In this document: positions 23,957 to 31,826 of the stretch, one piece after another
Numbering within the stretch: position 1 is the first letter of the stretch
Layout: each line of letters begins with the position of its first letter
Source: Longimicrobiaceae bacterium
GTDB lineage: Bacteria; Gemmatimonadota; Gemmatimonadetes; Longimicrobiales; Longimicrobiaceae
Reading direction: 5' to 3'
DNA: 31,826 nucleotides
Assembly: GCA_036260145.1 (NCBI GenBank)
Contig: DATAAL010000832.1
Coordinates: forward strand, 1 to 31,826
Made by a program: the position numbers and the translations under genes
Notes under the pieces: generated by a model
Databases searched by the model: none
What the model saw: only the letters and a program-made list of their open reading frames with translations
What the model was told of the DNA's origin: nothing

Positions 23957-26452
23957 TCACGGAGGCGTCGGGAAGCCCGTCTGCGGCTCCTGCTGCGGCT
24001 CCTGGCGGCGGGGCCGTACGCGCGGAGCCTGCCCGAAGCTGTACTGGAAGGTCACGTGCACCGCGCGGGAGGTGAACGTCCTCTCGGTGAGCTGGATGAT
24101 GTGGTCGTCCCCCGCCCGGACCCGGAACCGCTGCGTGTTGAGCGGGTCGGAAACGCGCACGGTCAGGCTCGCCTTCTCTCCGTAGATCTTCTGGCGCAGC
24201 GAGAGGTTGGCGAAGGCGAAGGCGTCGAAGCGGCCGCGCTCGATGTTCATCGGCGCGCGGTAGAAGTACATCGCCGTCAGCGAGGTCTGCGGGCTCAGGT
24301 TGAAGGTGCCGTTCACCCGCGCCGACCACGTCACCGCGTTCGACGAGAGGCTGGATTCGCCGCCGCTCCCCTCGGTGACCATCTTGAAGACGTTGAACGC
24401 GGCGAACCCGTTGAGCTTCTGCCCCAGCCGCAGCGACCCGTTCAGGTCGGCGCCCCAGGAGTCGCCAGTGTCCAGGTTCTCGAAGCTCACCGAGGTGACC
24501 TCGCGGCCCGCCACCGTGTCCGCCGTGTTGACGATGAAGCGGATGACGTCCGTCGTGCGGCGGTAGAAGGGCGAGAGCTGCACCGAGCCCATCCGCCCCG
24601 AGCGCTGCAGCCCCAGCTCGATGGCGTCGGTGTACTCCGGGTTCAGCTCCGGATTCCCCAGGAAGACGTTCTGCAGGTCGAAGAAGACCGGGAACGGGTT
24701 CAGCTCCTGGGTGCCCGGCCGGCGGATGCGGCGCGAGTAGCTCAGCTTCGCCTGCGTCTGGTCGTTCAGCTTGTAGCTGATCAGGCCGCTGGGAAAGAAG
24801 CTGACGTAGTCGTGCGGGAAGCTCTCCCCCGAGTTCGCCAGCGAGAACTCGCGGCTGGCATACTCCGCCCTCAGACCCGCCTGCAGCTCCACCCGGTCCG
24901 TGCCGTGGCTCAGCACTCCGTAGACCGCGTTCACCTGCTCGTCGAACTCCAGCACGTTGCTCAGGTCGCTGCGGACCCAGCTCCCGGTCCCGAGAGGGTC
25001 CCTGAGCACGCTGAAGTCCCGGTCCAGCCGGCGGCCGGTCCCCTTGTACCCCGTCTCCAGCTTGGTGCGTTCCGCCAGGGCGCGCGTGTAGTCCGCCTGG
25101 GCGGTGAGCTGGTAGGTGAGCGCGTCCGTCTCGTTGACTTCCGCATCGGTCAGCCCTCCCCCGGCGCCGGGCGGTTGCCGCCAGAGGTCGGTGCGGTCCT
25201 CGTCCTCCATCCGGTTGAGGCGCACCTCGGCCGAGAGCTCGTGCCGCTGTGGCTCCAGTGTCCGTCTGAAGGCCAGGGAGTAGTCCACCATCCGGTTGTC
25301 CGTCTCCGAATCACGGACCCGCTCGTACGTGTCCAGCAGGACCCGGGTGGCGTCCAGCTCGTTGTACGCGCTGAGCGACTCCTCCGTGGCCCCGCGGACG
25401 TTCACCAGCAGGGCGCTGGAGAGCACGTCGCGCCGGTTCAGCCGGTAGTCGAGGGTGGTGTTGAGATTGTGGCCGCTGTTGCCGTTCGATCCCCGGATGT
25501 CCTGCTCCGTGAAGGAGAGCGGCGCCTGCCGGACGCCCAGGCGGGTGCGGTCGTTGATCCCGGCGACGTTCCGCTCGTCGCTGTTGAAGCCGTAGCTGAG
25601 GAAGAGCGTGGCAGGGCCGCGCTGGTAGCCCAGGTTCCCCGACGCCGTGTAGCGGTCGGCGGTGGAGGCGGCCAGGGTGAGGCCCCCGCTCATCCCCAGG
25701 TCGACGTTCTGCTTCAGGACGATGTTGAGGATCCCCGCCATCCCCTCCGGATCGTGCTTGGCCGAGGGATTGGGGATCACCTCCACCCGCTCCAGCGTGT
25801 TGGCGGGGAGCTGCTTGAGATAGCTCGCGAGCTGCGCGCCACGGATGGGCGCCGGGCGGCCGTTGATCTGCACCACCACGTTCTCGTTCCCACGAAGGCT
25901 CACCCGGCCGTCCGCGTCCACCTGCACGGACGGAACCGCCTCCAGCACCTCGCTGGCGGTGCTGGCCGCCGGGGCCACGTCCCTCGTCCGGTAGGCGTTC
26001 CGGTCCGGCGCGATGGCGACCGCGGTGCGCTCCGCCGTCACCTCGATCCCATCCAGGGCGACCGCGCTCTGAGCGAGCCGGACGACCCCGGCGTTCGCGC
26101 GGGGGGAGGCGGGATCGAGGGCAATCGCGCCGGTGGTCTGGGGAGCGTACCCGATGGCGCTCACCCGCAGGTAGTAGGCGCCGGGGCGCAGCCCTTCGAT
26201 GCGGAAGGACCCGTCGGGGCGAACGACCGCGCCGGTGACCAGCGACGAATCCGCCCGGCTCCTCACGGTGACCGAGGCGGAGGGGACCGGGGCGTTGCTC
26301 CCTGCGTCGACTACGGTGCCGCGAATCTCGCCGTTACCGGCCGCGGGAGGTTGCGGCGCGCCAGTGGCGCGACCGGGCGTCTGCTGGGCGCGGGCGGCCT
26401 CGCCGCCGACCGCGAGAAGGAGGCCCAGGAGGGTGATGGCGATGCGCTTCAT
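23957..26452 (-). CDS. TonB-dependent receptor / outer-membrane beta-barrel family protein with a carboxypeptidase-regulatory-like N-domain
   Basis: Signal peptide, GEIRGTVVD...DGSFRIEGLRPGAYYLRVSAIGY, plug segment VPSVQVDADGRVSLRG...INGRP...IEVIPNPSAK, barrel SYSRRIRRP..LNPF...GNPELNPE, C-terminal TFQYSFG. Confidence 0.9.
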   Translation of the reverse strand: MKRIAITLLGLLLAVGGEAARAQQTPGRATGAPQPPAAGNGEIRGTVVDAGSNAPVPSASVTVRSRADSSLVTGAVVRPDGSFRIEGLRPGAYYLRVSAIGYAPQTTGAIALDPASPRANAGVVRLAQSAVALDGIEVTAERTAVAIAPDRNAYRTRDVAPAASTASEVLEAVPSVQVDADGRVSLRGNENVVVQINGRPAPIRGAQLASYLKQLPANTLERVEVIPNPSAKHDPEGMAGILNIVLKQNVDLGMSGGLTLAASTADRYTASGNLGYQRGPATLFLSYGFNSDERNVAGINDRTRLGVRQAPLSFTEQDIRGSNGNSGHNLNTTLDYRLNRRDVLSSALLVNVRGATEESLSAYNELDATRVLLDTYERVRDSETDNRMVDYSLAFRRTLEPQRHELSAEVRLNRMEDEDRTDLWRQPPGAGGGLTDAEVNETDALTYQLTAQADYTRALAERTKLETGYKGTGRRLDRDFSVLRDPLGTGSWVRSDLSNVLEFDEQVNAVYGVLSHGTDRVELQAGLRAEYASREFSLANSGESFPHDYVSFFPSGLISYKLNDQTQAKLSYSRRIRRPGTQELNPFPVFFDLQNVFLGNPELNPEYTDAIELGLQRSGRMGSVQLSPFYRRTTDVIRFIVNTADTVAGREVTSVSFENLDTGDSWGADLNGSLRLGQKLNGFAAFNVFKMVTEGSGGESSLSSNAVTWSARVNGTFNLSPQTSLTAMYFYRAPMNIERGRFDAFAFANLSLRQKIYGEKASLTVRVSDPLNTQRFRVRAGDDHIIQLTERTFTSRAVHVTFQYSFGQAPRVRPRRQEPQQEPQTGFPTPP

Positions 26453-26629
26453 GGTCCGAAAGCCCCAGGTGGAGGGAGTCTGCGTCGGCGGGGGATGCGG
26501 ACCGGTGGGGCGGCCCGCTGCCGGCTCCGGCTACTACGCGGAGGGGTTCGAAGGGGTTTCCGAACGGGCCGGACTTACCGCACAATTCCAGCCACACTTT
26601 ACGAGACGACTACACATGGCGGGGCCGGA

Positions 26630-27421
26630 TCAGTCGCGGCGGATCTCCTCCAGCAGCGTGCCGAAGTCGCGGAAGGCCCGGAGGTAGTCGGCGCCCGCCC
26701 GCCAGGCCACGTCGTTGTGCCCCGCCTCCACCCAGAGCGAGCGCTTGGGCTCCGGTGCGGCAGCGAAGAGCCTCCTCCCGTGGGAGACCGGGATTACCTC
26801 GTCGTGGACGCCGTGAATGACGAGCACCGGGGCGCGCACCTTCCGGATGTTGCGGAGGTTCGGGAACTTGTCGAAGGGGAGGAGCGGGATGCGGGTCACC
26901 ACCCGGTAGGCGCTCACGAAGCCGCTCTCCACCACCAGCCCCGCCACCGGCTCCCGGGCGGCCAGCTCGACCGCGGGGCCGGAGCCCACCGAACGCCCGT
27001 ACACCACGATCCGGTCGGGCGGGATTCCCAGCTCCCTCGTGGCATGCCGGTACACGGCGGCCTCGTCCCGGTAGGCGGCCTCGGCGCCGGGGGGTCCTCC
27101 CGTGCTCGCCCCGTACCCCCGGTAGTCGAAGGCCAGCACGGCGAACCCCGCCCGGCGCAGCTCCTCCAGGGCGGGGGCGACGTGCCCCAGGTCCTCGGCG
27201 TTGCCGTGGCTGTAGAGGAGGGTGAAGGTGGCCTCGGGGTTGGGGAGGTGGAGCGTCGCGAGCCGCGCCCCGTCCTCCGTCTCCACCAGGCGCACCGGGA
27301 GCCGGCGCGCGTCGTAGGAGGCGGCCGGGGGGAGGAAGATCATCCGGTCGGAGACCAGGTACGCCAGGACGGCGAGGCCCACGTAGACCGAGACGACCGA
27401 GACGATGAGGAGCTTCAGCAC
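26630..27421 (-). CDS. Alpha/beta hydrolase (ABHD17/Bem46-like) with an N-terminal membrane anchor
   Basis: YSHGNAEDL, DYRGYGAS, YGRSVGSG (GxSxG), HGVHDEVIP, AGHND. Likely GTG start at 27421. Confidence 0.9.
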   Translation of the reverse strand: MLKLLIVSVVSVYVGLAVLAYLVSDRMIFLPPAASYDARRLPVRLVETEDGARLATLHLPNPEATFTLLYSHGNAEDLGHVAPALEELRRAGFAVLAFDYRGYGASTGGPPGAEAAYRDEAAVYRHATRELGIPPDRIVVYGRSVGSGPAVELAAREPVAGLVVESGFVSAYRVVTRIPLLPFDKFPNLRNIRKVRAPVLVIHGVHDEVIPVSHGRRLFAAAPEPKRSLWVEAGHNDVAWRAGADYLRAFRDFGTLLEEIRRD

Positions 27422-27499
27422 GGGAAGTCCTTTCCGGCGGGACACGAGCGGGGGCGGACCGCCGTGGCCCGCCCCCGCGTCGCCTCGGTCCGGCGCTGC

Positions 27500-27709
27500 T
27501 CAGCGGTTCGGATCCGAATCCAGGTTGCGCTGCACCCTGCCGAGCGTGTCCTGGGCCTTGCCCTTGAGCTGGTCCCACTTCCCCTCGCCCTGCAGGCTGG
27601 TGTCGCCGGTCAGCCCCCCGGCGGCGTCCTTTACCCTCCCCTTCAGGTCGTTCCCCTTACCTTCCAGCGAGTTCTCCGTGCCCTCGCGCGTGAGGTCCCG
27701 ATCGGCCAT
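27500..27709 (-). CDS. csbD: CsbD-family general stress protein (69 aa)
   Basis: EGKGNDLKGRVKDAAGGLTGDTSLQGEGKWDQLKGKAQ; GGAGG RBS. Confidence 0.92.
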   Translation of the reverse strand: MADRDLTREGTENSLEGKGNDLKGRVKDAAGGLTGDTSLQGEGKWDQLKGKAQDTLGRVQRNLDSDPNR

Positions 27710-27765
27710 GATTGCCTCCCCTGCCGGATGTGATGCCGCGTCGACACGCGGCTGCAACCCCGGAC

Positions 27766-27781
27766 GGCAATATGCGTACCG
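27766..27781 (-). promoter_or_regulatory. Sigma54 (-24/-12) promoter for csbD
   Basis: Minus strand CGGTACG-CATA-TTGCC with exact spacing, about 57 nt upstream of the ATG. Confidence 0.65.
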
Positions 27782-27843
27782 TATTGATTCACAGCGACTT
27801 ATGAGGTCACCCGCGGAGCACCGGCGAGGCCGGTCCTCCCCGC

Positions 27844-28548
27844 TCAGTGCCGCAGGTCCACCACCAGCCGGGCGGGGTCGGTCAGCTCCAGCACCCGGTA
27901 GCGGTTCGGACGGGCCACTCCCAGCACCCAGGTCACGTCCGCCTCGAAGTCGCAGGTCAGCTCCAGCTCCCGGAGCACGGGAAAGCCCAGCTTCCGCTCC
28001 CGCTCCCGGATGGTCACCCGCCCCGCCTCGTCGTGCGCCTGCGCGGGGGTAAGCCGCACCTGAAGCCATCCGTCCCCCGCCACCTCGGCCACGTGGCCCG
28101 ACCCGCACCGGCGTACCGGGCGGTCCACGTACTCCACGTGGTACCCCGGGAGCGCCTCCGCGAACTCGAACACCACGCGGTCCCACTCCGGGTTGCGGGC
28201 GGTACGCACCGCCCGGAGCGTCACCACCCCCCCGCCCCACCGGCGCACGGTGATCCCCGCCGTCCACCCCCCGGAGCGCGCGGATTGCTGCCGTGCGGGG
28301 GGGGTGGAGTCCAGCGCGGGAGTGATCCGGGCACCCGGGGGGGCCACCCAGGGCGTGCCGTCCATCGGGCGGGCGGGGGGGCGGAGGCGCTGCGTGTCCT
28401 GCGCGGGAGCGGGAGCGGCCCGCGTCTCCGACTGCCGCGCCGGGGCGGAGGCCGTCTCGGTCTTCGGCTCGGGCTGCGGGCGCGCGCACCCGAGCGCCGC
28501 CGCGCACAGCACCAACCCCGCCACTCCCAGCCCGCGAAGCTCCGTCAT
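27844..28548 (-). CDS. Lipoprotein with a Pro/Ala linker and an AMIN-like C-terminal domain
   Basis: Lipobox AALG|C; LRAVRTARNPEWDRVVFEF...PGYHVEYV...GSG...FEADVTWVLGV....YRVLELTDPARLVVDLRH. ATGA overlap with the fdhD stop. Confidence 0.75.
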   Translation of the reverse strand: MTELRGLGVAGLVLCAAALGCARPQPEPKTETASAPARQSETRAAPAPAQDTQRLRPPARPMDGTPWVAPPGARITPALDSTPPARQQSARSGGWTAGITVRRWGGGVVTLRAVRTARNPEWDRVVFEFAEALPGYHVEYVDRPVRRCGSGHVAEVAGDGWLQVRLTPAQAHDEAGRVTIRERERKLGFPVLRELELTCDFEADVTWVLGVARPNRYRVLELTDPARLVVDLRH

Positions 28549-29429
28549 GGTCGCCGCCCTCCCGTCGCCGGTTGCGCCGGGGCGAGGATCCGCTCTCCCC
28601 CGGTGTACACGTTGAAGCGCCCTTCCCGCAGGAACCCCACCAGCGTCATCCCCGTCTCCTCCGCCAGCTCCACCGCCAGGCTGGACGGGGCTGACACGCC
28701 CGCCAGGAGCGCCGCCCCCGCTCGCGCCGCCTTCTGCACCAGCTCGAAGCTCAGCCTCCCGCTGACCAGTACCACCCGGTCCCGGAGCGGAAGTTCCCCC
28801 GCCAGGAGGCTGGCCCCCACCAGCTTGTCCAGGGCGTTGTGCCGCCCCACGTCCTCCCGCACCCGGAGCAGCTCCCCCCCGGCGGTGAACAGCGCCGCCG
28901 CGTGCAGCCCCCCGGTGCGCTCGAACACCGCCTGCGCCTCCCGCAGCTTCTCCGGGAGGGCGAGCAGAGTCTCCGCGGGTACCTCGACGTCCCCGGCGAC
29001 GGCGGGGCACCCCCCGCCCCGCACCGCCTCGATGGAGGCCTTGCCGCAGACGCCGCAGCTCGAGGTGGCGTAGAAGTTCCGGCGGAGCGACTCCGGGTCG
29101 AAGCGTGCGCCCGGGGCCAGGACGACGCTGACCACGTTGTACTGCTGCGCCCCGTCCACCTCGGGATCCACGCAGTACCGGATGGCGGCGATCTCCCGGG
29201 CATCGCCCACCACCCCCTCCGTGAACAGGAACCCCGCGGCCAGCTCGAAGTCCGACCCCGGGGTGCGCATGGTCACCGAGACGCGGTGCGGGGGCTCGTC
29301 CCCGCGCGCCAGGCGGATCTCCAGCGGCTCCTCCGTGGCGAGGGAGTCCCGGCGGCGGCGCCGCTCCACCCCTCCTCCCCGGAGCGCCACCTCCTCCACG
29401 GCGCGGCGGGAGGTGCTCCCCCGGCGCAT
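28545..29429 (-). CDS. fdhD: Formate dehydrogenase accessory sulfurtransferase FdhD
   Basis: EEPLEIRL, TMRTPGSDFELAAGFLFTEG, SSCGVCGK, TGGLHAAALF, REDVGRHNALDKLVG, SGRLSFELVQKA, SAPSSLAV. Confidence 0.95.
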   Translation of the reverse strand: MRRGSTSRRAVEEVALRGGGVERRRRRDSLATEEPLEIRLARGDEPPHRVSVTMRTPGSDFELAAGFLFTEGVVGDAREIAAIRYCVDPEVDGAQQYNVVSVVLAPGARFDPESLRRNFYATSSCGVCGKASIEAVRGGGCPAVAGDVEVPAETLLALPEKLREAQAVFERTGGLHAAALFTAGGELLRVREDVGRHNALDKLVGASLLAGELPLRDRVVLVSGRLSFELVQKAARAGAALLAGVSAPSSLAVELAEETGMTLVGFLREGRFNVYTGGERILAPAQPATGGRRP

Positions 29430-29430
29430 C

Positions 29431-31722
<2,292 letters not shown>

Positions 31723-31826
31723 GGATCACCTCGGGAGGATGCGTAACGTCTTGCTCCGAAAGGTGCTTCCGGCCGTGTAGCGGCGCAAGGGAGGGGCCCG
31801 CGCGCCGGAAAGCGGTGGCCCCCCCC

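Noticed and set aside
23540-27733. 1397-aa plus-strand ORF
   Set aside because: Antisense shadow of the TonB receptor and hydrolase genes. High-GC codon bias suppresses stops on the opposite strand, and the translation is R/G/V/P-rich with no motifs.

Overview
High-GC (roughly 70-75% by eye) bacterial chromosomal window with about 32 real CDSs. Gene repertoire and style suggest a Gemmatimonadota (Longimicrobium-like) soil bacterium; this is inference only. No rRNA, tRNA, CRISPR array, transposase or integrase was seen. From left to right: a truncated lipoprotein; an Omp85-like barrel protein; a LuxC-family acyl-CoA reductase; two sigma54-type units (FeoA-like + Cys-rich protein; Zn-ribbon membrane protein + dacB); an intergenic array of covarying hairpins; a LuxE-family acyl-protein synthetase; a degenerate Smr-like protein; a Tyr/Arg-rich disordered protein; an orphan TcmP-like protein; trxC-DUF3109-redoxin; osmC-cysK-lysC, where lysC appears to lack most of its second ACT domain; suhB; a DMT transporter; a POT peptide transporter with atypical codon usage; gntR(YtrA-like)-slipin; an M13 peptidase; a TonB-dependent receptor; an alpha/beta hydrolase; csbD; and a ydeP-fdhD-lipoprotein operon. 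The most unusual items are the hairpin family (7155-7270, 9782-9817), the Smr-like/disordered/TcmP-like trio (8603-11299), the split luxC/luxE pair without luciferase, the in-frame ACT deletion in lysC, and a dense set of sigma54 promoters. Family assignments come from motif recognition by eye; no database searches were run.
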